This document shows, piece by piece, positions 1 to 12,200 of a DNA stretch of 64,000 nt. The notes beneath the pieces are model-generated. The model had not been told where the DNA came from. It saw nothing but the letters and a program-made list of their open reading frames with translations, and did not search any database. Source of the stretch: Utricularia gibba (taxonomy: Eukaryota; Plantae; Magnoliophyta); NCBI GenBank assembly GCA_002189035.1, contig NEEC01000007.1:3224001-3288000 (forward strand). The letters are read 5' to 3'. Each line of letters starts with the position of its first letter. Positions within the stretch are counted from its first letter, which is position 1. The translations under genes were made by a program, and so were the position numbers.

Positions 1-492
1 TGGCCAAGTAACGTAAGCCCAGGCGAATCTCCTAAATCGGAGTCCCCTACGGGATATAGCAAATCGACTCGGAGTCTCCCACGATATATATATGCGATCC
101 ACCAACCCAGGCGTCAATAGCAAGAAAAAGCCCTGGTACGATTCGGGCACCAAAGGCAAAAGTCAATAGACACAACAAACCAACTCGAGGCTTCCCCTGA
201 AATGTGAACGTCACCAAAGGCAAAAGTGATGCACAAAAAACAGAGTAAATTAGAAGGAAACCCCGAACCGGGAGACCAAAATTATCCAAAAAGCCCCACA
301 GTAGGGTGAAAAACATCAAGTCAAAAATTACTAAAGTACAGGAGGGGATGTGGGATTATCGGGAGGATTGGCAGAGGAACCGGTATGTCGTTCCATCCTT
401 GCCCTCAGCTTGACGTCATTCTCTCGCCCTATCCTCGCCCGAATTAGCGCAATCAGTCGCTCCCGATCAGCTTCGAACCCGAACTCCGAGGC

Positions 493-2561
493 CTAGAAAG
501 TATCCGCGATAACATCAAACATGTTCTCATCCTTCGTCAAGGGGTTTATCCTGTCGAAGTGCGGATCCATGATTGAAAGCCCAAATTCTCGGCTGAACTG
601 TCGTCTCTGACAGTATAGAAGTAAGCCGATTAAATCTCCTGCATAGATATCGGAGAGTTCGGCAAAACAGGCCGAGTTGACAAAGTCATCCAGAAGACCC
701 TGCCGAGATGCTTGTCGATCAAGTAATTCGGCCTCCAATGCTGAAATGCGGCCCCTGGCATGCTCTAACTCCGCTTCTGCCTCTTCAAATCGGACTTTGA
801 AGTCCTCTCTCTCTGATTGAGCGTCGTCAACCACCTTTCCCATTTCCTCGATCACATTTCGCAGTTCTTCCTCCTGGCGGCTGCATTTCCCTAAAACGAT
901 TTTCAACGAACTCCCCTCCTCCTCCAACAACTTTATCTGGGCGCTCTGAGCCACAACTTTCTCTCTGATTGAGCCTCCGATTGAGAGCCAATCTCTCTAA
1001 CCATTCCCCACCCAAGAGTCAGACCCTGAAAGAATATCCCAAGTCAAGGATCGACTACTTAGAATTTAGAAGAGGAAACGGGATACGTACCTGCCAGATC
1101 CCTTCAAGTACCTTCTCCGGCTGAACACCCGAGGTACTAGACATAGCTCCATCCAGGATTCCCCTTAGTTCAGCTAGGACTGAAGGTAGAGGAAGCACCG
1201 GGTTGTCCTTTACTTCTACGAGGGCAGAATCCCTCTGTAACTCGATTGGAAGAGCCGATGTTGAAGCACCAGCCGAAAAGAATCTTGCATCAGGAATAGG
1301 AGTATCGCTGAGATCGGGTGATGGAGGAAGTTTCTCTTTCCCTTTCCCGGCTGAAGGACGGGGAGTCAACTCCCGGATCTCGAAGACTTCTACTACTTGA
1401 TCCTCTGCCGAGGAAGGATCAGCGGCGTCCAGCTGAGCTCCAATCGTATCAGCCTGAAAGAAAAACCGAAAAAAAGGTTATAATCGGGAATTCGCAGTAA
1501 CTGTTAAATAGGAGACATACTGGTGCAGGGGAGGGATCCTTGGGTTCCTGCATCCTTTGCATCTCGGTAGAGAACCACGCCATCACCGAATCTTCCAGAG
1601 AGCTTCTTCGAGCCATCTCTTCAGCTGAAAACGAAAGAAGGAAAAGCAATAAGGCATAGTGTCGATTCTGAGACTCGGGAAAGCTGAACCCGACTACCTC
1701 TTTGCCTCTTTGAGGGTTTGTGCGCAACTGCCTTAACCCTTTTCTTTTTCTTGGGGGCCCCGGTTTGAACAGGTGGGGGAATCGGAGGTGAAGCCGGAAC
1801 AAGAGGGAAGGATGAAGAGGGGCTAAGAGGAAGGCTCCTCGAATCGGTGCCGTCGAAAGGAATGATATCGGGCCAATGGAGGTCTCGGGAACGACCGATA
1901 ATACATGATCTTTTCAACGACTCACCCGAGAACATCAAGGCACGAGACTCATACCGAACTGAGCCCCGACTAAGCCTCTCATAAAGGACTTCGCGAGATT
2001 CGGAAGAAGACCGATACGCACCCAAGATCTTGATCCTAAAAGGAGTTGGGGGATCGACTGGGAAGTTCCACCGAGAACCCAAAGGGGGAGCTATCCAAAT
2101 GAAAGAAGACCACCAATCATGGTGGGTATCGGGGGCTTTAACAACAAAGTTGAGGTTATCTTCGAATCGGCGGAATTGAAAGTGAGATATGCCATCCATC
2201 GGGGACTTAGCTTTACGAACGTCTATCTTGAAGAGATGACAGAAGTCCACCAGAGTCATAGCCGGATCCATACCGGCCGAATAGAAAAGGAAAGTGGTAA
2301 AGCAAAATATGGAATTCGGGGCGAGACAGTAAATCGGAATTGCAAAGGTATAGAGAAAACGGACTATTAAAGGGTGAAGAGGGAAGCGTAAACCGCTTTC
2401 GAAATAGGCAAGTGGAATTGAGAGATTGAACGGAGGCAGGGGGTCCTCACCTACCCCCAAGGGATTTTAGTATCCCGAGCATGAGAAAGCTGGTACTCAT
2501 CAGGGATCGAGTATCGAATGCGAAGGGAGGGGATGTTTAGTTCACTAGATCTCCTACCCAT
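493..2561 (-). CDS. Spliced antisense extra ORF of the retrotransposon: Transposase_28 (PF04195)-like domain plus C-terminal coiled coil, ~620 aa, with two 1-bp frameshifts
   Basis: ATG 2561 (MGRRSSELNIPSLRIRYSIPDEY), then YFESGLRFPLHP...LAPNS. GT-AG introns 1625-1697, 1454-1520 and 1026-1090 join the ORF-track pieces in frame. Single-base deficits near 2462 and 958. Confidence 0.7.
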
Positions 2562-2816
2562 TTTAAAAGAAGCCCAAAACCCTAGAACGAGGCAAGAATC
2601 AGGAAGGGGAAGGACTTAGAATGACAAGGGGGACCCATCAAAAATCCCAGAAGACCGAACGGAAAAGACGAAGAACCGAATGATACCTGGAAAATTGGCG
2701 GTTTCTGACGGATATCGCGATGATCGAGCGGCGGACGAGTGTGACGGAGCACGGAGGGCACAAAACTCTTGCAGGCAACAGAAAGGGCAAAGGAAAGAAC
2801 TGACGCGAAGGGCGCT

Positions 2817-2824
2817 TATTTATA
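2817..2824 (-). promoter_or_regulatory. TATA box (TATAAATA) for the antisense ORF
   Basis: Perfect TATAAATA on the minus strand ~255 bp upstream of ATG 2561, with G-box-like ACGTGG/GCGTGG motifs at ~2887-2915. Confidence 0.5.
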
Positions 2825-3034
2825 CGGGAAAGGTTAGGGAGACGAAGCGTCGTGACGTTTGGGGTATCCAGAATGAGCGGGAAAAAACGTGGCGTGCCAA
2901 CGAGCCGACGCGTGGCAAAGAACAGCATGTGGCTTATTCGGGGGAAGCGACAGCTCAAGAATCGGTATCGTAGTAGTTTTGATCCCCCGATTTACCCCGA
3001 AAAGGGCTAATATCGGCGAATCAGAGGGGCTGAA

Positions 3035-3562
3035 TGATAAGGGAAAAATCGGCCAAGGGTAATCGGTTCTTAAATGGCTGCCAAAAGAGATCCCGAGGGG
3101 ATAACGCCAGACGACAGATCGACGTCTGTCAGAAATCTGACAGGTATGGCCATATGACACAGTCTGAAAAGCGGCCGAATTACGGTATAACAGGCGGCCA
3201 ATATCTGAAAAGCGAGATCATATAGCAAGAGCAGAAAGCAACCGATATTTGCAGACACCAGAATTCGGTCAGAGTGAGCTCTCCTATAAATAAACGGAAT
3301 TATGACAAGAAAGGAGTTGGACTAAAAAAGATTTCTTCAATTTGTATTCTCCTCTTAGCGATCTCCATCTAGTGAAACTCTTTTCCAGCGAGTTCCGACA
3401 ACTCCGTGGTTTTTCCGCTTTCCGACGGTTTCCACGTAAAAAATCCTTACTCATTCTTATTTCAATCGCACCAACCGTGAAGAACATGACCAAGCGTGGC
3501 ATTCCCGACCACGCCTATCAGCTAAAACCGACCCCCAACGGATACCGATTTCACCCATAACA
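3035..3562 (+). repeat. 3' LTR (~528 bp) of the Tat-like element
   Basis: Starts TGATAAGGG and ends CCCATAACA (imperfect terminal inverted repeat). Internal CTATAAATA at ~3285; preceded by a PPT. Confidence 0.75.
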
Positions 3563-3918
3563 TCTTTAAAATTGAAAAAAAAGATAGCTGACAACAAACA
3601 TGTTTGAAGTGAAATGAATAATATTATATTTTCAAATCATATATTAATTAAATCTATTTAATTTTTTTTTTTACTTTTTACATTAACTTAAAAATTATGA
3701 GACCTTAATTCAAGGCTCAACAATGATCACGTCATCAGAGCCCCAAACATGGTAGGGATGCCACTAAATTAGGGATTCAGTTGCATTGAGCGAAGTTTTT
3801 TCATCTGTCCATTTAACAAAAATACATTTAACAAAGAAGACAGGCTCCAAAAGGCAGGGGAATCTTCAGCCCTTGGCTTGTTCATCAAATGGAAATGCTT
3901 GTTTCCCTCCCCCGTAAT

Positions 3919-6065
3919 TCTACACCACAAAAATAGGGTAACATCACATGATAGAAATCAGAGACGGTTAAAAGGAAAATAGGCTTCACTTTCTGTGCAA
4001 AAAACTGGACCCAAACACATCCTAGATCGACCGGGCAAGGTGACAAACATAGATATATACCATACGCTTGCTCCAGCTTATCTAAGACTAGCCTTAGATG
4101 ATATGCTGTCTATTCATTGTAATAAACAAAACCCAGATTCAAGTTAACTTTCATTTCATACCACTGCTGAACCTTTCGAAATTCGGTGAGGACGGGGTAT
4201 ATATTCTCAAAGGCTAGATATGTTTCATCTCTGACCTGCAAATTAAAAGGAAGATCAGGGCAATGAACATTCTGCAGGGCGGCATATACATACTAGTGGC
4301 CATGGCCAATCTGCAAAGCTGAAAATTCGCTACCTTGGCTCCAGTAAGCACAATTTTTCCAGAGACAAAAATGAGAAGCACTATCTTGGGCTGTTTCATC
4401 CGGTAGATTAACCCAGGAAAGAGTTCTGGCTCATACTGATCAAGGAGTAACGAACAAAATGAAATTGAGGGGGGCCAAACAATAGGTAAGACCCATGATC
4501 AAAAGCATAAGTCGGTCACAGTTAAGCAATGAAACAGCTCACAACGCCCATGTGGAATACAGAAGATAACGCACTCTGCTGAACAGCAATACTCTTTCAT
4601 TCACAGTTCCATTCGATAAGACACATGAATAATTAAAAGGGTTAAATACGAGGGAGTAAAAAGAACACCCACACTTGAAAAGGCACCATGAGAATAAGCA
4701 AGGCCTTCAAGTCGGATGGGAAATTTTACATCACACGATCCAACTATGTTTTGAATCTTGAAATCCTACAAGTATTAACAAAAAATTAAGACAGCATCAA
4801 AAAGTCAGATGCTGAAGATAAGAGCCTAGGCTAACAGGTTTAATCAAAGTGAATTTAACAATCAAATAAATCAAGCGCACCTTGAACTTTGCTGGAAAAC
4901 CAAGCTTTTGAATGATTCGTGCATACTGGAAAAAGAAAAATAAAGTAAATGGTAAACCAATCCAAGAATGCCTCTTCAACAGAAAATGTACACGAACACA
5001 TCACGCAGCACCAAAGCCAATTGCCCCAAATGAATTTTCACTGGAATGCAACTCAACATATCAGATAATCTGCAGTACCTTCCGAGCAGCCAATTTTGAC
5101 TGTTGCTCACTTTTTGCTCCTGTGCATACCTGAGAGCAAATGGGGATGGAAAATTAAGAAAAAAATAACTGAAGTCAAAATTGGACACAAAACTAATTCA
5201 CAATGAGAATTCTCGAAAATTTTACCACATACCATCTTCCCAGAGGCAAATATAAGAGCGGTTGTTTTCGGCTCTCTTATTCTCATAATTACAGCAGCAA
5301 AACGCTATAACACCAAAACACATGTAAGAATACTCGATAAATTATGGAAGGTAAAAGCAGGTACAAGAATAAGTTTTGACATTTTCTGATACAATTAGAA
5401 GGTGGAATACAAAAGCAGAAGAAGAATTTCAGTGGAAAAATTTCTGATCAAAAGACCAAATTATAGCCATAGTATCACTAGGGTATTTTGCTTCTCAAGC
5501 TGCAGGCATCAACAGGTTAAGGCACCACACGCATCATGCGATTACCTTACCTTAGGGTTATACTCAGCATTTCGGGCCTGCAATGCTATTGCTTTCAGAT
5601 CCAATTTACAATCCAAGTTGACGGTTGATACAATGTTCCTTAATTGTTTAGAGAAGAAAAAACCAAATAATATGAAATGGTCACATTATTGCCATGCAGC
5701 TTGCAACATAATATGCTTGTAGAGGGCACCCAAGAATTCAAATCCACTAGTTTGCATTCTAGATAAGCTCATAGTTTCAACTCAGTCATCCTTACTCTTT
5801 CTCGACAATCAAACTCTAGTAGTCTCAGAATAATCATGCACAGCAGGGAGCGGTCTCCTAATTTATAACTCGCTTTGAGGATGTAATCGAAGAATTAGCA
5901 AACATAAATTGGTTCACAGTCCGAGTTTTAACTTAATATACCAATTAACCAGGTCCCACATCAAATCAACAAAAAATTATCTTACTGAAGAATTGGAACA
6001 ATTCCAGAAGGATGCTTAGCAAGATCAACTGGCTGGTTCCCTTCTATTCCTTGAGGGTCTGCCAT
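3919..6065 (-). CDS. TBP: TATA-box binding protein
   Basis: Exons translate to [27 protein letters not shown] / [29 protein letters not shown] / [24 protein letters not shown] ... [35 protein letters not shown] ... [16 protein letters not shown]. Stop inferred as TG|A split by the last intron. Confidence 0.97.
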
Positions 6066-6938
6066 CAGGCACCTGTCTGCACCCAACGCAGACATCAAAT
6101 TTCACGCACAACCCCAGAATGACAAAAAGATACTTCTAGGATTCAATTTCAATTTCGCTCTTTTATCGTGAATACAAGTACATTGAGTCAAACAAAAAGG
6201 ATCCCCATAGACTAGCCAGTAGAGGGCGAAAACGATGAATCGGCTACAAGAACGAAAACCACCACCTGAAACAAATCGCCTGCTCGAATCTAGTTCAAAT
6301 TTCACCGTGATCTTCCGGACGGCTTCAATTGAGAATCCTACGACTGAGGATGATGTCCGATGGAGAGCGATGCCGGAACGAGGAGACAAAAAAATCGCGG
6401 TTAGCAATTTTGCAGTAGAGCGAATATATAAGGGGAGGTATGAATATATGAGGGAAATCCGAAAGGGGTAATATTGTAATTTAATGTCTTAAACATCTTT
6501 CATTTGCCTTCTCGACGTTGAGCTTTCAGCCCATGCTTAGAGCCGGTGGCATCATTTGTGACCATTGTCTAAAAAATTATTTTAAAATAAAAAATATATA
6601 TCACAATTGGATCACTTCCTAATATAATATTTTTTTAGGAAAAACATTAATATATTTTTTATTTTTTAATAACGAAAGATTCTATCCTATCAATCATTCA
6701 AACTGCAAACTTTTGTGAAATGGAGGCGAAAAGAATTCCTGATTCAATGCGCTGTTTTCTAATGGTTCTTATCCGGGACTGGGTGTCGGAGGCGAGGCGA
6801 GGCTCCCTTCCCCAATACGCATTGGCCTGCTGCGTGCAAGCAAGAATTGTGTCTGAGAGAATCCCGATGACTAGCAGTAAGTGGTTCATTTTCATGAATG
6901 GGAGGAGCAGGTGGCCGCACTGGTTTACGGCATGGCTC

Positions 6939-8662
6939 TCAATCTTGCTGGGGAGGGTCGGCCCCGTCGGGGATCTTTCCAGGAAAATCAGTCATGGAAT
7001 ACGCCGGAGCAGTGGAGCTGCAAGTTGGGAAACCACAAGGGCGAGGAGTTGAATGGTGGTGTTGAACGCAGAAATGAACACATCAGGGATTGGGATGAAC
7101 TCTGTACCTTCTATCGGCAAGGACCACAGACCTGAGCTCACAGTTCCTGAACCTGCAAAACCACACAGCCCAAGTCAGATTTTGTCTCTCTTCACTCGAT
7201 CATCCTTCCAGGAGGTCACAAAACACACATACGGTTTTGATATCTCGGTTTTAACTGCTGGGTGGCAATCACTCCCGAAAGCAGCAAGTGTGTGAACCAG
7301 AAACCCACTGTGAGTCACCACAGCTATCTCTTTTTCTTTCCGGGTGCTCAGCCTACAACGCCACATTAGAATAGGTATATCTATGTGCAGGTGATTATCA
7401 AGCAGAACTAAATCCCCAGCAGGAGTGTGTTTGTTACCAGTTAAAAAACTTGAGGCCTCTGTTAGCAAGCTCTTCATTTTCCTCTCTGACATCAAGCTCC
7501 CAGAGAATGTCCTCGTCGCTTTCGATCTGATAAAAGACACGAAGATCGAATAGGATGTTACTGGAAGGAAAGAGATGGGAAGGAACTAAGACTTGCCAGT
7601 GAGAAATCAACGCCCGGGAAAAACGGCTTGTATTCGCTTATGCTCCTCCTCTTATCGCACCAGTGAACTCCCTGCAGAAATCCATGCAACACTGAGGCGC
7701 ATTTCATCAATATTTAAATGATTTCAGTTGCTGCATTTCTCAGTGTACCAAATGCTCTCTACAGAGTTCCATTGCCACAAATGGAGGTGCATTCAGACTG
7801 GAAATTGCTCCACGGTCACTGCTCCATGTGTTTCCAGTCATAAGTGGAGCTGCGTCTGTTCCATCTATGTAACCATCTCCACCAAAAACTCCCACAGCTG
7901 TTTGTATCGTCCTGCAACACATTGGGATTAATCATCATCCTCATTCAAAGGGGAAAAAATAACTTTGTTTATAGCATTAAGATAAACCATAACTAGCTCC
8001 ATTGGTTGGTACATGGAATTACAACCTAAATGCTTCACATAATGACGATAGCACTTCCCTAAGGGCAGAGTTATACAACAACAAGCAAGAAACATCTTAC
8101 CTCAGCAAAGGAGAGACAACGACCAACTCAATTCTCTTGTAAAGCCCAGAAGAGTGAACATGTTTGCGTAGACTATCTACCTAAAAAAGAGCAAAAGAGC
8201 TTACTGGAAAAGCATAAACCATATTCAATAGGAACATGTAGCATGAGCATACCATAAGACAATGAAAAGAATAGGCCAGGCAGCTACTATATGCGACATC
8301 CTCATTGAACATGGTATGATTGATTATGGGTGTGGGACACTAGTCGCATTTCAACACAGCCCAGAAATAAAGTATCTCGAATGCAAAGAATTCAGAAAAT
8401 AGAACAAGTCTATGATGACCTGCTGCCACCCGAGAGGTGTAAGCTGTGCATCAAAAAGCTCAGGCTCCAAATACGCACTGTGATCCTTCTCTCCAGCCAC
8501 GTTGTGGAAACCTTGAGCATGTCTCACCTACATTGAACAAAACCATAATCATCAGCAGGTTTATAGAAACTCATAATCCCAGAAAAAAAGAGAAGCATTA
8601 ACCAAGTGAATAGTCTTGCAGCGATGTAGAGGATACAAGCCTTGTCCACGTTCAGTAACCAT
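6939..8662 (-). CDS. Phosphoglycerate mutase-like (histidine phosphatase superfamily) protein
   Basis: MVTERGQGLYPLHRCKTIHLV(RH), KEIAVVTHSGFL, FRNCELRSVVLADR and FPGKIP motifs across multiple exons. The 3' end is uncertain. Confidence 0.88.
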
Positions 8663-9257
8663 TTCTGCAAACCAAAAGTAAAAATAAAAGCATCCCATAT
8701 GAAGAACGGGATTGTTTAAACCATATTTTCCATAGGAGATGCGTTCAGTTCTATGCAAGCTCAACAAAATCATCCAATACCCCACATCTCGAAATGAAAA
8801 AGAGGACCACTCGCAATAAAACCCATGCGAATATGCTTCTGAGGAAAAGAATGTTCCCCATCATAGTCAAATATGAACGTCGAACAGCCATTATGAAATC
8901 ACGCCTCTAGTCGACACCCAGAAAAAAGAAATAGCGCAGAAAACAAGAACGCGGATGAATTATTTCAAACCAACATGCCAAATCCAGAAAATAATGAATA
9001 TCCGGAAGATGCACAACCCTCCCCTCAGACAACGCGGAGGAAAAAGAAAGGTATTCAGAAGATACCGAAAGCGGAGGTAGATGCCGACGGAGGAACGTGG
9101 TGGTTCGGCGGTTTGACGCAGAAAGTTTCCCGAGAAGCGGAAATCTGGGAAGCGTTATTTGTGATGTAATTACTATTATTGCACGAAAAGTGTTTATAGG
9201 AACCGAGCGGCCAATGAAATGATAAAGTGGCAGATGCAATGGCGGCCGGCGACATTT

Positions 9258-12200
9258 GGCTGAATTTGGGATCAGGCACCTGACACCTCTTTCTCTTTAT
9301 CACATACCAATACTTCGAAAAGTATTTGGTGTAGGGCACCTGTTTTCATTTATATTTTTTTAATGTGTTTTAAAACAAATAATTATTAACATTTTACATA
9401 ATCAATATAAGTCTTATTTGTAAAGATTTATTACTATAACGTTTTTTAAGTAATTTGTATATAAATTTAATGTCAAAGTTTTTAAATAACAATAAAAAAA
9501 ATTTAATATTTGAATAGCAACTTAGTTATTAAATAATAAATGGTAAAAAATAAGACTTAGTTACAAACCGTTTGGACAAATCAAATAAACCATTTTTATT
9601 ACAATTAATAATGAATTTTTTATATATTTAATGATATTAGTGAAACAAAACAAATTTGATGGCAAAAATGAAAACAATTCCCATGTTTAACGGTTTGTAT
9701 GACATTTTTCCAAAAAATAAACATAATCTTTCAATACAAATATTCTTTACTTTGATTGGTATCATGAAAATACATTTCTTATTTTCAAAGTTATTCTATA
9801 TTTTGTCTATAAAAGCCTTGAAGCCGTTCATTGATAAATCATTCATTATTTTAGTTGCTCAATTAATGGCTAAGTTACTTTGAAGTTGTTGTTTGGAGGT
9901 TCTTTTATCAATGATCTTCATACCGGGTACATGCATTATGATCGAAATCCAATAAGCATTATTATTGTTCAGCCTAATCTTTCATATGAAGAATTGCCCA
10001 GGAATATTTGTAGAGAATTGAATATAAATCCTAATTTATATTCAATTCGGATCACCGCCAAATTCTTCGATGCAAATACAAGTGATATTAGCCATGTTCC
10101 ACTTACAAATACGGATTTGTTGCGCTGGATATTAATGTCACATAACAAGGATTCGAGTATTGAACTTTATATTGAAACGGAAAGTTCGGGTTTTCCTTCT
10201 TCTTCTAATTGGCATGGTAATTATTTAATTATTTCAAATTTATTTTTTTTACATATAATTTGTCAACCTTTACAATTTCACAATTTCAGGTGATGAATAT
10301 AATTTGAATACTCCATATTTCGAGAATCAAAACACAAATAGATATATCAACTATAATGAAAACTTTGATCCATTTGATCCTAATTTTGGTTTTTCAACGG
10401 CTTATTAACAACCAACACTAGAAAATGGTTAGATTTGCATTTTTATAAGGTTAAAATATTTTTTTCAGTATTCAATAAATATTCCATGTTTTTTTTATCA
10501 GCTTTAGAACATTATGATGAGGTTAACACTGATGAAGATGACTTGACATATATACCAACTGATCATGATGACTCAGATGAAATGCATGCAGATAGTGCTT
10601 CTAATATGCTGGCAGATGTTGAAGAAGAGATTCCTGAATATGAATCACAAGAAGATGAACCATCCTCACTACCATAAATGTGGCAGTATGCATCTATGCA
10701 AAGTGACTATTCAATGAATTACTATAATGAAGATTCAAAAGAGCTATCAATTGGCATGGATTTTAAAGACAAGCAAGTTTTGAAGGATGCTATGAAATTA
10801 TACAATATCAACGTCAAAAGGGAGTATATATTACGAAGAGGAAATAATTCACTTTATGGTGTTAAATGTCTGCAACCAAATTGTTCGTGGTATTTGAATG
10901 CAGGGCCACAAAAACGAACAGGCACATGGAAGATTTCTTCATACAATGGGCCACATACATGTGAGCCAAGAAACTCTTTGGTTAAAAAGCATGTTAACTT
11001 GGCATTTGATTTCATTGCTCCTCGAATAATCCATCTTATATTGGATACAAATGTGAAGATAACAGCTAGAGCAATTCAAGCTTATATCAAAAGAGAATAT
11101 AAGTTCACAATTTCTTATTGGCAAGCATGGATGGCTTTGACTAAGGCATATGAGTTACAATATGGTTCATGGGATGATTCATGTGCAGAGTTACCAAATT
11201 ATCTTGAAGAGGTGAAACGGCAAAATCCGGGTACTATTGTGAATTTTGAGAATAATATAGATGTTAAAGGGAGAAAACTCCTAAAATATGTTTTCTGAAC
11301 TTTTGGATTTGTCATAGAAGCTTTTAAATATTGAAGATCAGTGCTTTGTGTTGACGCAACACATCTCTCAAGTGGTTATAAATATGTATTATTGGCTGCA
11401 GTAGCTATTGATGCAAATAAGCATATATTACCTGTGGTATATGGGTTTGTGCCTTCAGAATCAGGTTCATCTTGGAAATGGTTTTTAGAGAATCTTGATA
11501 TTCATGTTGTTCGTGAATGTCAAGTATGTATCATAAGTGACCGAGGCTCAGGTTTAGTAGCTACTTATGGGAAAATTCCGAAGTTTAGTCCTCCTCTTGG
11601 GAATCATAAATGATGCCTATATCATTTAAGGAGTAATTGCTTGAAATACAACAAAAAGAAGTCTACATCGCGGATTAAGGATCTCATATGGTCTGCTGCT
11701 GTCGCACGAACAGAAAAAGAATTCTTAGAAAGAATGCAAGCGGTTTATGATTCATGTCCCGGAGCATATAAATATATGATGGATATACCCGTTGAATTGT
11801 AGACATTAGTTTACGATAATAGAGACAGGTATGTAATTTTTAATATATTTTAAAATTCTAAATTAATTTCCTAACATATTTATGTTTGTGAAGACACACC
11901 ATCATGACGACAAATCATGTGGAGGCATTAAATCGTGTACTCAAAGGAACTCGACGCCTTCCTCCTACTGCTATTGCAAAGGTTTATTTTCTTATTTCAA
12001 CCATCATTATGAGATTAAATATAAATAACTAAATGATTATCCACGTCACATTTGAGAAATAGCTTTATTATTTTGAGAAAGGCAAAGAGAGAGCTACTAA
12101 GTATTGTGCACAAGGAAAATATTTTGCAGAAAAAATTGAACAAGTTTACAAGCATCACAAGGAACAAGTTCAAAACCTTCTTTGCAAAAGATATAATGAT

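Larger units (their letters stand above)
1..3562 (+). mobile_element. 3' part of a Ty3/gypsy Tat-lineage (Tat/Retand/Ogre-like) LTR retrotransposon; 5' part lies upstream of the window
   Basis: PPT-like AGAGGGGC at 3023-3030 followed by a TG...CA LTR. An antisense Transposase_28-like ORF lies 5' of the LTR, an arrangement typical of Tat-lineage elements. Confidence 0.75.

Noticed and set aside
47-319. Hydrophobic 90-aa minus-strand ORF in the retrotransposon spacer
   Set aside because: No recognisable motif; explained by the A-rich plus-strand composition.
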